Program-made: the position numbers and the translations under genes
The notes under the pieces: generated by a model
Told to the model about the DNA's origin: nothing
The model's input: the letters and a program-made list of their open reading frames with translations, nothing else
Databases searched by the model: none
Shown: positions 29,388 through 40,967 of the stretch, piece by piece
Layout: the number at the start of each line of letters is the position of its first letter
How positions within the stretch are numbered: the first letter of the stretch is position 1
Assembly: GCA_044229445.1 (NCBI GenBank)
Contig: JBGASX010000010.1
Span: forward strand, 1,106 to 65,105
DNA from: Gemmatimonadales bacterium
GTDB lineage: Bacteria; Gemmatimonadota; Gemmatimonadetes; Gemmatimonadales; GWC2-71-9
Direction of reading: 5' to 3'
DNA length: 64,000 bases

Positions 29388-30269
29388 ATGCGTCCCACAC
29401 GACCATCCGGCAGTTCGGAGCGCGCCGCCTCGCCCGCGGAGGCGCTGGTCGCGCGCATCGATTCGCGCGCGGAGAGCGGCGGCCCCGGGGACACCGTCGC
29501 GACCGGTTTCGGATCGCTCGATCACCTCCTCGGCGGAGGGATCCGCCGCCAGGATCTGGTGGTCCTGGCCGGCGACGTCGGCGCGGGGAAGTCGTCGTTC
29601 GCGCTGGCGATCGCGCTTCGCAGCGCCGCCGCGGGCACCCCGGTCGTCTATCTCTCGGGAGAGATGTCGGAAGAACGACTGATGGAGCGGGCGCTCGCGC
29701 TGGAGGGACGGGTACCCGTCGACGCCCTGCGAGGCGGCGAGCTCGACGACGTGAGCCGCTCGGCGGTCGGCGCGGCGGCCCTCCGGCTCCGCGACCTCCC
29801 GCTCATCATTCGCCCGCTCACGGGAGAACGCTTCGAGGAGGTCGGCGCGGCGCTGGACACCGTCCCCCGCCGCGGCCTGCTGGTGCTCGACGACCTGCAG
29901 ATGACCGCGAGTCCGATTCCCCAGGCCGACGGCGACGAACGCGCCGCCGCCACGATCCGCGCCCTCAAGAGCCTCGCCCTCGAACGCGATGTCGCGATCC
30001 TGGCGCTCGCGCAGCTTCCGAAGCACCGGGCGGCACGGCGCGATCCCCGGCCCACCCTGGACGACCTGGGCGGCCAGGGGGTCGTCAAGCAGGTCGCCGA
30101 CGTGGTACTCGCGATCTATCGGGAAGAGATGTACCGGCCCGCGCACGGGGTGGAGGGCGCGGTGGAACTGATCATCGGAAAGAACCGCAACGGTCCGACG
30201 GGCTACCTGGACCTGTACTTCTACCGCAACTGGCTCCGCTTCGAGGACATGCTGGACCCGGATCGGTGA
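29388..30269 (+). CDS. DnaB-like helicase, C-terminal ATPase domain only
   Basis: TGFGSLDHLLGGG, GDVGAGKSS, LSGEM, LVLDDLQM, LAQL, ADVVLAIYRE, KNRNGPTG; no DnaB N-terminal domain. Confidence 0.85.
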   Translation: MRPTRPSGSSERAASPAEALVARIDSRAESGGPGDTVATGFGSLDHLLGGGIRRQDLVVLAGDVGAGKSSFALAIALRSAAAGTPVVYLSGEMSEERLMERALALEGRVPVDALRGGELDDVSRSAVGAAALRLRDLPLIIRPLTGERFEEVGAALDTVPRRGLLVLDDLQMTASPIPQADGDERAAATIRALKSLALERDVAILALAQLPKHRAARRDPRPTLDDLGGQGVVKQVADVVLAIYREEMYRPAHGVEGAVELIIGKNRNGPTGYLDLYFYRNWLRFEDMLDPDR

Positions 30270-30291
30270 AGCGCCAAGGCAGGCCCTGGCG

Positions 30292-30666
30292 CTACTTCGT
30301 CTTTGCTCCCGCGATATCCACGAACGACCCCGCCGCACCATCTGCCTTCCGGATCGTCACCCAGATCGACGGCCCCTCCTGTTCGGCATACAGCGTCACC
30401 GAGCCATCAGGCGCCGGCGTGTCGCTGACCAGGCGCCAGGGCGGCTTCCCCAGGACATCGCGATAGTACTGCAGCATCGGCTCGGGGGGGACGTCGCTCC
30501 GGAAGCGAAACTTGAGCGCGTCCTCGCCACCCTCGCGGGAGATGACTTCCCCGTTCGGGGGCAGCGGGAGATTGGGCAGCGTTTCGCCCACCTGGGCCTG
30601 CTTCTTGGGCGGTTCGGCACAGGCCATGAGGCCGAGCCCGAGTGCTACGAGGATGAGGCGGCGCAT
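30292..30666 (-). CDS. Putative lipoprotein
   Basis: MRRLILVALGLGLMAC lipobox-type signal; 124 aa. Confidence 0.7.
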   Translation of the reverse strand: MRRLILVALGLGLMACAEPPKKQAQVGETLPNLPLPPNGEVISREGGEDALKFRFRSDVPPEPMLQYYRDVLGKPPWRLVSDTPAPDGSVTLYAEQEGPSIWVTIRKADGAAGSFVDIAGAKTK

Positions 30667-30816
30667 AGGGCGGGGAGAGTAGCGGGGTGGCAGGAGACGG
30701 GTCAAGAGACTGGGCACGATCCCGCGCCTCGGGCAGGTGGAATATGAGGAAGAGCCGAATGGCCAACCGCTTTGCCATCCTGTATCTTCCAGCCCGATCT
30801 CTGCGTGGAGCACGTC

Positions 30817-31566
30817 ATGGCCGGCCACAGTAAATGGAAGCAGATCAAGCGCAAGAAGGCGATCACCGACGCCAAGCGGGGCGCCTCCTGGACCAAGGTG
30901 ATCCGGGAAATCACGGTCGCGGCCAAGGCCGGCGGCGGTGATCCCGGGGGCAATCCGCGCCTCAGGACCGCGATCGATGCCGCCAAGGCCGTGAACATGC
31001 CGGCGGACAACATCGAGCGTGCCGTCAAGAAGGGCACCGGCGAGCTCGAAGGCACGATCTACGAAGAGGTGATGTACGAGGGCTACGGGCCCGGAGGCGC
31101 CGCGATCATCATCGAGGCGACCAGCGACAACCCGACCCGGACCGTTGCGGACGTGCGCTTCGTCTTCAGCCGCAACGGCGGCAACCTAGGCTCCACCAAT
31201 TCCGTGGCGTGGATGTTCGATCGCAAGGGCCAGATCTTCCTCGATGCGGGCAAGTATCAGGAGGACTCGACCCTCGAAGCGGCCCTCGAGGCGGGCGCGG
31301 AGGACTTCGCACGCGACGGCGAGCAGTACGTCATCTCCACCACGGTGCCCACCTTCCATGCGGTGCAGGACGCGCTCGTGGCCCGGAAGTTCGAGATCGA
31401 GTCGGCGGAGATCGCGATGGTGCCCAAGACCTCCGTCAAGGTCGAAGGCAAGCAGGCCGAGCAGATGATCAAGCTGCTCGAGGCGCTCGAGGAGCTCGAC
31501 GACGTCTCGAAGGTCTTCTCCAACTTTGACATCGACGCGAGCGACCTGGCCGAGGCGTCGCACTGA
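30817..31566 (+). CDS. yebC: YebC/PmpR family protein
   Basis: MAGHSKWKQIKRKK, YEGYGPGG, DDVSKVFSN. Confidence 0.96.
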   Translation: MAGHSKWKQIKRKKAITDAKRGASWTKVIREITVAAKAGGGDPGGNPRLRTAIDAAKAVNMPADNIERAVKKGTGELEGTIYEEVMYEGYGPGGAAIIIEATSDNPTRTVADVRFVFSRNGGNLGSTNSVAWMFDRKGQIFLDAGKYQEDSTLEAALEAGAEDFARDGEQYVISTTVPTFHAVQDALVARKFEIESAEIAMVPKTSVKVEGKQAEQMIKLLEALEELDDVSKVFSNFDIDASDLAEASH

Positions 31567-31579
31567 CGGGGTCAGGCCG

Positions 31580-32056
31580 GTGAAGGTGCTGGGGATCGAC
31601 CCGGGCACCGCGGCCACCGGGTATGGAGTGGTGGAGACGGGGGAGCGCGGGCTCTTTCGACTGGTCGAATGCGGCGTCATTCGGACCACACCGCGCGCGC
31701 TGCTTGCACTCCGGCTGCGCCAGGTGCATGAGGAAGTCGCGGGACTGATCGCCCGGCATCGGCCGGACGTGCTCGCCGTCGAGGAAGCCTTCCACGCCAA
31801 GAACGTCCGGACCACGCTGGTGCTCGGCCACGCCCGCGGCGTCATCCTGCTCGCGGGTGCGCAGGCCGACACGACGATCGCCGAGTACTCGCCCGCGATG
31901 ATCAAGAAGACGGTGACCGGCAAGGGCGCCGCACTCAAGCCGCAGGTGGGATTCATGGTGGCGCAGCTGCTCCGGCTCAAGTCTCCGCCCCAGCCCGCCG
32001 ACGCGGCCGACGGCGTCGCGGTCGCGCTGACCCATCTCATCCGGGGACGGCGATGA
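31580..32056 (+). CDS. ruvC: Holliday junction resolvase
   Basis: VLGIDPG, LAVEE, LGHARGV, DAADGVAVALTH. Confidence 0.95.
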   Translation: MKVLGIDPGTAATGYGVVETGERGLFRLVECGVIRTTPRALLALRLRQVHEEVAGLIARHRPDVLAVEEAFHAKNVRTTLVLGHARGVILLAGAQADTTIAEYSPAMIKKTVTGKGAALKPQVGFMVAQLLRLKSPPQPADAADGVAVALTHLIRGRR

Positions 32057-32637
32057 TCGCCCTCGTCACGGGGACGCTGCGCGAGCGCGATGGCGACGCC
32101 ATCCTCATCGAGACCGCCGGCGGCGTGGGCTACGAAGTGACGGTGCCGCTCGGGGTGCTCGAGCGGCTGCCCGCGGCGGGCAGCCGGGTGAGCCTCTACA
32201 CCGAGCTGGTGATCCGCGAGGATAGCTGGTCGCTGTACGGCTTCGACCGGTCAGCGGAGCGCACCATCTTCCAGCGCCTGCTGTCGGCGACCGGATTCGG
32301 GCCCAAGCTCGCGATGGCGCTGCTCTCCACGCTCGGCCCGGAGCGCGCGGTGCGGAGCATCCAGTCGCGCGACATCGCGGCGCTGGCCACCGTCAGCGGC
32401 ATCGGCCGGAAGAAGGCAGAGAAGCTGGTCGTCGAACTGGCGGATCGCTTCAAGGAGGTCCCGCTCGACCTTCCCCCGGCCGGTCCCCGGCCCGGCGAGG
32501 AGGCGGTGCAGGCGCTCATCCGGCTGGGGTATCCGGCGGCCGCCGCCGAGGAAGCGGTCCGCGCAGTGATCGCGGACGGCACCACGGAGACCGCGAAAGT
32601 GATCCGCGAGGCGCTGCAGCGCCTCGCCCGTTCGTAA
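32053..32637 (+). CDS. ruvA: Holliday junction branch migration protein RuvA
   Basis: GGVGYEV, IREDSWSLYGF, GFGPKLA, GIGRKKAEKL. Confidence 0.96.
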   Translation: MIALVTGTLRERDGDAILIETAGGVGYEVTVPLGVLERLPAAGSRVSLYTELVIREDSWSLYGFDRSAERTIFQRLLSATGFGPKLAMALLSTLGPERAVRSIQSRDIAALATVSGIGRKKAEKLVVELADRFKEVPLDLPPAGPRPGEEAVQALIRLGYPAAAAEEAVRAVIADGTTETAKVIREALQRLARS

Positions 32638-32682
32638 CTGTCAGGGGCGACGCACCCCGTCGCCATTTACCGGAGCAACACC

Positions 32683-32859
32683 ATGACCGTCCCCGCGACG
32701 ACCGCCGAGTGGATCTGCACCCGCTGCGGCAGCACCAATCGCATGCTCGTCGCCCGCGGCACCGAGCATACGGTCGACCGCTGCAATCACTGCAAGGCGA
32801 AGCACAACATCGAACCTGGCGACCGCCCGGTTCGCTGGGACGCTCGGCTCAAGGACTGA
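32683..32859 (+). CDS. 58-aa zinc-ribbon microprotein (below the ORF-track cutoff)
   Basis: GGAG SD; [58 protein letters not shown]; two CxxC pairs. Confidence 0.75.
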   Translation: MTVPATTAEWICTRCGSTNRMLVARGTEHTVDRCNHCKAKHNIEPGDRPVRWDARLKD

Positions 32860-32893
32860 GGCTACGCCCGCACGGCTGTGCGGGCATACTGCG

Positions 32894-33922
32894 ATGACCC
32901 GCCTCCAGATCACCACCCCCGATTCGCTGCCGGAAGAAACCGGCGCCGAGGCCGCGCTGCGTCCCGCTCGGCTGGAGGAATTCGTCGGGCAGGGCCAGGT
33001 GAAGGCGTCGCTTCGCATCGCCATCGACGCGGCGAAGGGCCGCGGTGAGCAGCTCGACCATCTCCTCTTCTTCGGCCCCCCGGGCCTCGGCAAGACCACG
33101 CTCGCCATGCTCCTCGCGAAGGAGATGGGCGTGCAGCTCCGCACCAGCTCGGGGCCGGTGCTGGAAAAGCCGGGCGATCTCGTCAGCATCCTGACCACGC
33201 TGCAGCCGGGCGACATCCTCTTCATCGATGAGATTCACCGGCTCCGGCCGGTGCTGGAAGAGTTCCTGTACCCCGCGATGGAGGACTATCGCGTCGACGT
33301 GCGCATCGCCGACGGCCCGAACGCGCAGACCATCCCGATGGCGATCGAGCGCTTCACCCTGATCGGCGCCACCACGCGGTTCGGTCTGCTCACCCCGCCG
33401 ATGCGGGCGCGCTTCGGCATGGTCGAGCGGCTGCACTTCTACACGCCCGAGGACCTGCGGGTCATCGTCGCGCGCTCGGCGGGGATCATCGGCGTACCGG
33501 CCGACGCCGAAGGAACGATGGAGATCGCGCGGCGGAGCCGCGGCACCCCGCGTGTGGCCAACCGGCTGCTCCGCCGCGTCCGCGATTTCGCCCAGGTGAA
33601 GTCGGACGGCACCATCACCGGACCCATCGCGCGGGAGGCGCTGTCGCGGCTCAACGTCGACGAGTTCGGCCTCGACGACATGGACGCGCGCATCCTCAAG
33701 ACCATCATCGAGAAGTTCGGCGGCGGTCCGGTCGGCCTCAACACCGTCGCCGTCGCCGTCGGCGAGGACAGCGACACGGTGGAAGAGGTCTACGAACCCT
33801 ATCTCATCCAGCAGGGCTTCCTCGAGCGGACACCCCGTGGTCGCGTCGCCACGCCGCTGGCGTATCAGCGCTTCGGATTTCCGCCGCCGCCCGGCGCGCA
33901 GTCCTCCATCTTTGACCGCTGA
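32894..33922 (+). CDS. ruvB: Holliday junction DNA helicase RuvB
   Basis: [42 protein letters not shown]. Confidence 0.97.
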   Translation: MTRLQITTPDSLPEETGAEAALRPARLEEFVGQGQVKASLRIAIDAAKGRGEQLDHLLFFGPPGLGKTTLAMLLAKEMGVQLRTSSGPVLEKPGDLVSILTTLQPGDILFIDEIHRLRPVLEEFLYPAMEDYRVDVRIADGPNAQTIPMAIERFTLIGATTRFGLLTPPMRARFGMVERLHFYTPEDLRVIVARSAGIIGVPADAEGTMEIARRSRGTPRVANRLLRRVRDFAQVKSDGTITGPIAREALSRLNVDEFGLDDMDARILKTIIEKFGGGPVGLNTVAVAVGEDSDTVEEVYEPYLIQQGFLERTPRGRVATPLAYQRFGFPPPPGAQSSIFDR

Positions 33923-34991
33923 GCGCCCTCTCCGCACCGCGGACTTCGACTACCTCCTCCCTCCCGAGCTGATCGCGCAGGAACCCGCGGCCGAGCGAGG
34001 GGCGAGCCGGCTGCTCATCGTGACCTCCGAATCCCGGAGTGAGACGCACCCCCCGGAACTCGGGACGCGCACCTCGGCACTCATCGACGGGACCTTCGCC
34101 GACATTGTTGGCCTGATCCCCCCCGGCGATCTCCTCGTCCTCAACACGACCAGGGTCCGCCACGCCCGCTTCCTCGGCACCCGCCCGAGTGGGGCGCCGG
34201 CCGAGGTGCTGCTCATCCACCCGGCGCTCGGCGACCACTGGATCGCGATCGGGAAGCCCGGCAGCGCGCTCCGTCCCGGCAAGCAGATCGCGCTTGGGGA
34301 AGGTGCGGCCATCGAAACGGTTGCCGTGCTCGACGAAGGCTTCCGGGAGGTGCGGTTCGTCGGGATCAGCGCCGATGAGGCCATCCGCACCTTCGGCCGG
34401 CTGCCTTTGCCGCCATACATCGAGCGGGACCCCACGGCCGATGACGAGCAGCGCTACCAGACGATCTACGCCGAGCGCGAGGCGAGCGTCGCGGCGCCGA
34501 CCGCAGGGCTGCATTTCACACCCGCGATCCTCGCGGCCCTCGCAGCGCGGGGCGTGGAGATCGCGCGCATCGATCTGGAAGTCGGGCCCGGCACCTTCAA
34601 GCCGGTCGAGACGGACGACCCTGCGGCCCACCCGATGCATCCAGAGACGTACGAGATTGCCGCGGCAGCAGTCGAAGCCATCAGGGCGCTACGGGCCCGC
34701 GGCGGGAAGCTCTGGGCGGTTGGCACCACCGTCGTCCGGGCCCTCGAGAGCGCCGCGAACGACGACGGCACCGTCCGCGCGGGCCGCGCCGAGACCCGCC
34801 TGCTCATCACGCCGGGATTCCGCTTCCGGGTCGTCGACCACCTCCTCACCAACTTCCACCTGCCGCGCTCGACACTGCTCATGCTGGTGAGTGCGTTCGG
34901 CGGCTACGACCGGATCCTCGGCGCCTATCGTCACGCGGTGGCTGCGCGCTACCGCTTCTATTCGTACGGCGACGCGATGGTGATCCTGTGA
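33912..34991 (+). CDS. queA: S-adenosylmethionine:tRNA ribosyltransferase-isomerase
   Basis: [51 protein letters not shown]; TTG start inferred. Confidence 0.95.
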   Translation: MTAERPLRTADFDYLLPPELIAQEPAAERGASRLLIVTSESRSETHPPELGTRTSALIDGTFADIVGLIPPGDLLVLNTTRVRHARFLGTRPSGAPAEVLLIHPALGDHWIAIGKPGSALRPGKQIALGEGAAIETVAVLDEGFREVRFVGISADEAIRTFGRLPLPPYIERDPTADDEQRYQTIYAEREASVAAPTAGLHFTPAILAALAARGVEIARIDLEVGPGTFKPVETDDPAAHPMHPETYEIAAAAVEAIRALRARGGKLWAVGTTVVRALESAANDDGTVRAGRAETRLLITPGFRFRVVDHLLTNFHLPRSTLLMLVSAFGGYDRILGAYRHAVAARYRFYSYGDAMVIL

Positions 34992-36543
<1,552 letters not shown>

Positions 36544-36544
<1 letters not shown>

Positions 36545-37080
36545 TGAGCGTGCTGGACCTCCACCTTCTGGGCTCACCCGTGCTCCGGGAACAGAGCAAG
36601 CCGGTGGCGACCATCGATGACGAGGTACGGCGCTTCGTGGCCGATCTCTTCGAGACGATGCACGCGGCCCACGGGGTCGGCCTCGCCGCCAATCAGGTCG
36701 GGGTGGCGCGCCGGATCGCGGTGGTGGAGACGAACGACAAGAAGCTGGTGTTGATCAACCCCCGGATCGTCGAAGCGTCCGGGAAGGAGACCGGCGAAGA
36801 GGGCTGCCTCTCCATCCCCGACATCTACGCGGACGTCACCCGGCCCGATCGCGTCGTCCTCGAGGCGACCGACGAGCAGGGGAACCGCTACCGCGAGGAA
36901 CTGGACGGCCTCGCGGCACGGGCGGTCCAGCATGAGATCGACCACCTCGACGGGATTCTCTTCCTCGATCACCTGAGCATGCTGAAGCGCAAGCGCCTCA
37001 TGGGGCGATGGAAGAAGGAACACGCGGACGACCCGGGGTTCATCAAGGCCGTCAAGCCTGACACAGCCGAGTCGCGCTGA
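36544..37080 (+). CDS. def: Peptide deformylase
   Basis: GVGLAANQVG, EGCLSIP, QHEIDHLDG. Confidence 0.96.
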
Positions 37081-38000
37081 TGCGCATCGTCTTCTTCGGC
37101 ACGCCGGAGTTCGCGGTCCCTGCTCTCCGTGCCCTGCTCGAAGAAGGCTTCGATGTCGCCGCCGTCATCTCCCAGCCGGATCGCCCGCAGGGCCGGTCGC
37201 GCAGCCAGCTCGTTCCCCCGCCCGTGAAGGTCGTCGCCCTCGAGGAACGACTCCCCGTGCTCCAGCCGGAGCGTCCGGTGGGTGCCTTCGCCGACGAGCT
37301 GCGCGCCTTCGATGCGGACCTCGGCGTCGTCGTGGCCTATGGCCACATCCTCAAGCCGGACATTCTCGCCATTCCGCGCCACGGCATGATCAATGTGCAT
37401 GCGTCGGTCCTGCCGAAACTCCGCGGCGCAGCGCCCATTCAGTGGGCGATCCTCAACGGCGAGGAGACCACCGGCATCAGCATCATGCGGATGGAGGCGG
37501 GACTCGATTCCGGTCCCGTGCTCCATCGGATCGAGACCGAAGTCGCGGCCGATGAGACTGCCGGCGAGCTGACCGAGCGGCTGGCCGAACTGGGCGCCGA
37601 GGCGCTGATCGAGGCGCTGATGCTCGAGCAGGCCGGCGCCGCCACCGCCGAGCCCCAGAATCACGCGGAGGCCACCTTCGCGCCGAAGGTAAGCCGGGCG
37701 CTGGCCCGGCTGGACTGGTCGCGCGACGCGGCGACCCTCGCGCGGACGGTCCGCGCCTTCGACCCCGAACCGGGCGCCTGGGCGATGTTAGGCGCGCAGG
37801 AGGTCAAGCTCTTCGGCGGTCGCGCGGTGAACGCCGGCGGAGAGGCGGGAACCGTCCTCCTCGCCGGGGAGACCCTGCAGATCGCCGCGCTCGTCGGCGC
37901 GGTCGAGATCGCGGAGGTCCAGCCGGCCGGCAAGAAGCGGATGCCGGTGGGCGCCTGGACCCGCGGACGCGGAGTCGAGGTCGGCCAGCGCTTCACATGA
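37080..38000 (+). CDS. fmt: Methionyl-tRNA formyltransferase
   Basis: FFGTPEFA, INVHASVLPKLRGAAPIQ, GLDSGP. Confidence 0.96.
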   Translation: MRIVFFGTPEFAVPALRALLEEGFDVAAVISQPDRPQGRSRSQLVPPPVKVVALEERLPVLQPERPVGAFADELRAFDADLGVVVAYGHILKPDILAIPRHGMINVHASVLPKLRGAAPIQWAILNGEETTGISIMRMEAGLDSGPVLHRIETEVAADETAGELTERLAELGAEALIEALMLEQAGAATAEPQNHAEATFAPKVSRALARLDWSRDAATLARTVRAFDPEPGAWAMLGAQEVKLFGGRAVNAGGEAGTVLLAGETLQIAALVGAVEIAEVQPAGKKRMPVGAWTRGRGVEVGQRFT

Positions 38001-38629
38001 GGCCGCTCCCTCGGCTGCATGCCGTGACCGATGCCGCCGTGCTCGCGCGCGAGGACTTCCCGGTTCGGGCCGCGGCCATTGCCGCGGGTGGCGCCTGCGT
38101 GGCGATCCACGCCCGGGACCGCAGCGCCACGGCCGCCCGGCTCGTGAGTGTGACCGAGCGTCTCCTCGCGCTCGCCCGCCCCGCAGAGGCCTCCACCTTC
38201 GTCAATGCCCGCCCCGATATCGCGGCGGCGCTCGGAGCCCAAGGTACCCAGCTCGGCGCCGGCGACCTCAGCCCCCATGAGGCACGAACCGCCTTCGGCC
38301 ACGCCTGGCAGGGCTGGATCGGCGCTTCCGTCCATTCAGCCGACGAAGCCGCGAGGGCCAGGGATGACGGTGCGGACTTCCTGATGGTGGGCAACATCTT
38401 CGAGACCGCCAGTCACCCTGGACGGAGCCCCGCCGGCCTGCAGCTCGTCGCGGCCACCGCGCGCCTGGGCCTTCCGGTCATTGCGATCGGCGGAGTCACC
38501 GCAGAGCGCGCTCGGGCGGTCCTTGAGGCGGGCGCGTATGGCGTTGCGGCGATCTCGGCCGTCTGGGATTCCGACGACCCCGCCGCGGCCACGCTGGCAC
38601 TGCTGGCACCCTGGCTGGAGGGCGCATGA
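37997..38629 (+). CDS. ThiE/TenI-family protein (motifs closer to TenI)
   Basis: TIM-barrel ThiE fold: SVHSADEA, IFETASH, PVIAIGGV; adjacent to thiS-thiG. Confidence 0.8.
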   Translation: MRPLPRLHAVTDAAVLAREDFPVRAAAIAAGGACVAIHARDRSATAARLVSVTERLLALARPAEASTFVNARPDIAAALGAQGTQLGAGDLSPHEARTAFGHAWQGWIGASVHSADEAARARDDGADFLMVGNIFETASHPGRSPAGLQLVAATARLGLPVIAIGGVTAERARAVLEAGAYGVAAISAVWDSDDPAAATLALLAPWLEGA

Positions 38630-38835
38630 CCGAGCTTCACCTGATCGTGAATGGGGAGCCGCGGAGCATTCCCGCCCCCGCGACCCTGAGCACCCTCCTC
38701 GCTGCCCTCGACCTCGATCCCCGCATGGTTGTCGTCGAGCTGAATCGCGAGATCATCCGCCGGCCCCGGCTCGGCGAGGTCGCGCTGGCGAATGGGGACA
38801 GGGTCGAACTGGTTCACTTCGTGGGTGGCGGGTAA
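38626..38835 (+). CDS. thiS: Sulfur carrier protein ThiS
   Basis: VNGE, VVELNREI, C-terminal VHFVGGG. Confidence 0.95.
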   Translation: MTELHLIVNGEPRSIPAPATLSTLLAALDLDPRMVVVELNREIIRRPRLGEVALANGDRVELVHFVGGG

Positions 38836-38880
38836 CGCGTCGGTGGTCTCCAGACTGGTTCCCCCCCTTATCTTTCGCCC

Positions 38881-39675
38881 ATGACGAACATCACCTCGCT
38901 CATCGATCCGCCGCTGGTCATCGGCGGCCACCGCTTTCATTCGCGCCTCCTCCTCGGCACCGGCAAGTATCGCAGCAACAGCGAGATGGCCCAGGCCATC
39001 GAAGCCGCCGGCGCGGAGGTCGTTACCGTCGCCGTCCGGCGCGTCGACCTCGACCGCCGGAAGGAAGAGGGGATGCTCTATCACCTCGACCCGAAGAAGT
39101 TCTTCCTGCTCGCGAACACCGCCGGCTGCTATACGGCTGACGAGGCCATCCGCTACGCCCGGCTTGCCCGCGAAGCGGGGTTCAACGAGTTCATCAAGCT
39201 CGAAGTCATCGGCGACAAGGAGACCCTGCTCCCCGATACCGAGGGACTGCTCACCGCGACGAAGACTCTGGTCAAGGAAGGCTTCCAGGTCATGGCGTAT
39301 ACCAGCGACGACCTGATTACGGCGCTGCGCCTGCAGGATGCCGGCGCGGCCGCCGTGATGCCGCTCGCCTCGCCGATCGGCAGCGGTCTCGGGCTGATCA
39401 ACCCCTACAGCATCCGCACCATCAAGCGGCGCCTGTCGGTCCCGGTGCTGGTCGATGCCGGGGTCGGCACCGCCTCCGACGCCTGCCTCACCATGGAGCA
39501 GGGGGTGGATGGCATCCTGATGAACACGGCGATCGCGGAAGCCCGCGACGCGGTCGCGATGGGTGCCGCCATGCGTCACGCCGTCGAAGCGGGACGTCTC
39601 GCCTTCCTCGCCGGCCGCATGCCTCGCCGGGAGATCGCCGTTCCATCCAGCCCGTCGAGCGGGATGATCGAGTGA
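38881..39675 (+). CDS. thiG: Thiazole synthase
   Basis: SRLLLGTGKY, NTAGC, IKLEVIGD, MPLASPIGSG, DAGVGTASDA. Confidence 0.96.
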   Translation: MTNITSLIDPPLVIGGHRFHSRLLLGTGKYRSNSEMAQAIEAAGAEVVTVAVRRVDLDRRKEEGMLYHLDPKKFFLLANTAGCYTADEAIRYARLAREAGFNEFIKLEVIGDKETLLPDTEGLLTATKTLVKEGFQVMAYTSDDLITALRLQDAGAAAVMPLASPIGSGLGLINPYSIRTIKRRLSVPVLVDAGVGTASDACLTMEQGVDGILMNTAIAEARDAVAMGAAMRHAVEAGRLAFLAGRMPRREIAVPSSPSSGMIE

Positions 39676-40967
39676 CAGACGGGGTCGCGCCCCGGGCCGC
39701 CGCGTACCGCATCCTGCGCGCGGTTCAGGAGGGGCAACCCTTCGAACAGGCACTCGACCGCGGGCTGCGCGGTCTCGAGGATTCGGATCGACGACTGGCC
39801 CACGAACTGGCCGCCGGCGTCCTCCGTCGGCGCAACGATCTCGATGCCCGGCTGCAGCCCCTGGTGCATCGCGGCTGGAGTTCCGTCGCGACTGACCTGC
39901 GCGACATCCTGCGCCTCGGCGCCTATCAGCTGAGCGCACTCGACCGCATCCCCGCGCACGCCGCGGTCTCCACCACCGTCGAACTGGCCCGGACCGCGCT
40001 TGGGGAGAAGGCGGCCCGCTTCACCAACGCGATTCTGCGGGGGATGGGGGGACGGGCCGCTCCTCCCGCGGCCAGCACCGACCAAGCCGCGAATATCGCG
40101 GACCGGCACTCCCACCCCGCCTGGCTGGTGCGCCGGTGGCTCGATCGATTCGGCGCAGAGGAAACCGAACGACTGCTCGAGTGGAACAACACTCGCCCCC
40201 CGCTCGTCCTCCAGCCCGCCCGGCAGTCCCTTGAAGCGTTGCAGCGATTGCTCTGGGAACGCGGCACCAGCGCCCGTCGTGCTCCCTTCGATGCCGGACT
40301 GGTTCTGGAGAGTGCCCGTCCGCAGGACCTGCCCGGATACGCCGAGGGAGCGTTCGTGGTGCAGGACGGCGCGCAGGCACTGGTGAGCCGATTCGCCGCC
40401 GCTCCGCCAGGGGCGACGATTTACGATGCCTGCGCGGCCCCGGGGGGAAAGACGATCGCACTCGGCCGCGTCGCCGGACGCGTTCTTTCAGGTGATCTCC
40501 ACCGCGACCGGGTGAAACGGCTTGCCGAAAACCTGCGCCGCGCGGGGAGTGGCCGTGAATTCCCCGTCGTGGCATCGGCGATGGCCCCGCCCTGCCGGCC
40601 GGTCGACGTGGCGCTCCTCGACGCCCCCTGCCTCGGGACCGGCACGCTCGCCCGCCACCCCGATGCCCGCTGGCGCGTGGCACCGGAGGCCCTTGCCCGG
40701 CTGGCCGAACAGCAGCGCGGACTGCTCGAGTCGGTCGCCTCCGTCGTGCGGCCCGGCGGTTGGTTAGTTTACGCCACGTGCTCGCTCGAGCCTGAGGAAA
40801 ACGAGGAACAGGTGGCCACCTTCCTGCGGACCCATCCCGAATTTCAACGCGACTCCGGCCAGTCCGTGCCCGGGGAACTCCTGACGCCGGATGGGGACCT
40901 GCGGCTGCTGCCGCAGCGCCACGGAGTCGATGGGGCATTCGCCGCGCGCCTGCGCAGGATCGGCTGA
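39672..40967 (+). CDS. rsmB: 16S rRNA m5C967 methyltransferase RsmB/Sun
   Basis: NusB-like N-terminus, SHPAWLV, DACAAPGGKT, DAPCLGTG, YATCSLEPEENE. Confidence 0.93.
   Translation: MTDGVAPRAAAYRILRAVQEGQPFEQALDRGLRGLEDSDRRLAHELAAGVLRRRNDLDARLQPLVHRGWSSVATDLRDILRLGAYQLSALDRIPAHAAVSTTVELARTALGEKAARFTNAILRGMGGRAAPPAASTDQAANIADRHSHPAWLVRRWLDRFGAEETERLLEWNNTRPPLVLQPARQSLEALQRLLWERGTSARRAPFDAGLVLESARPQDLPGYAEGAFVVQDGAQALVSRFAAAPPGATIYDACAAPGGKTIALGRVAGRVLSGDLHRDRVKRLAENLRRAGSGREFPVVASAMAPPCRPVDVALLDAPCLGTGTLARHPDARWRVAPEALARLAEQQRGLLESVASVVRPGGWLVYATCSLEPEENEEQVATFLRTHPEFQRDSGQSVPGELLTPDGDLRLLPQRHGVDGAFAARLRRIG

Noticed and set aside
29388-30269. Prophage replication module
   Set aside because: No integrase, structural or other phage genes are present, and the flanks are core genes with host-like composition.
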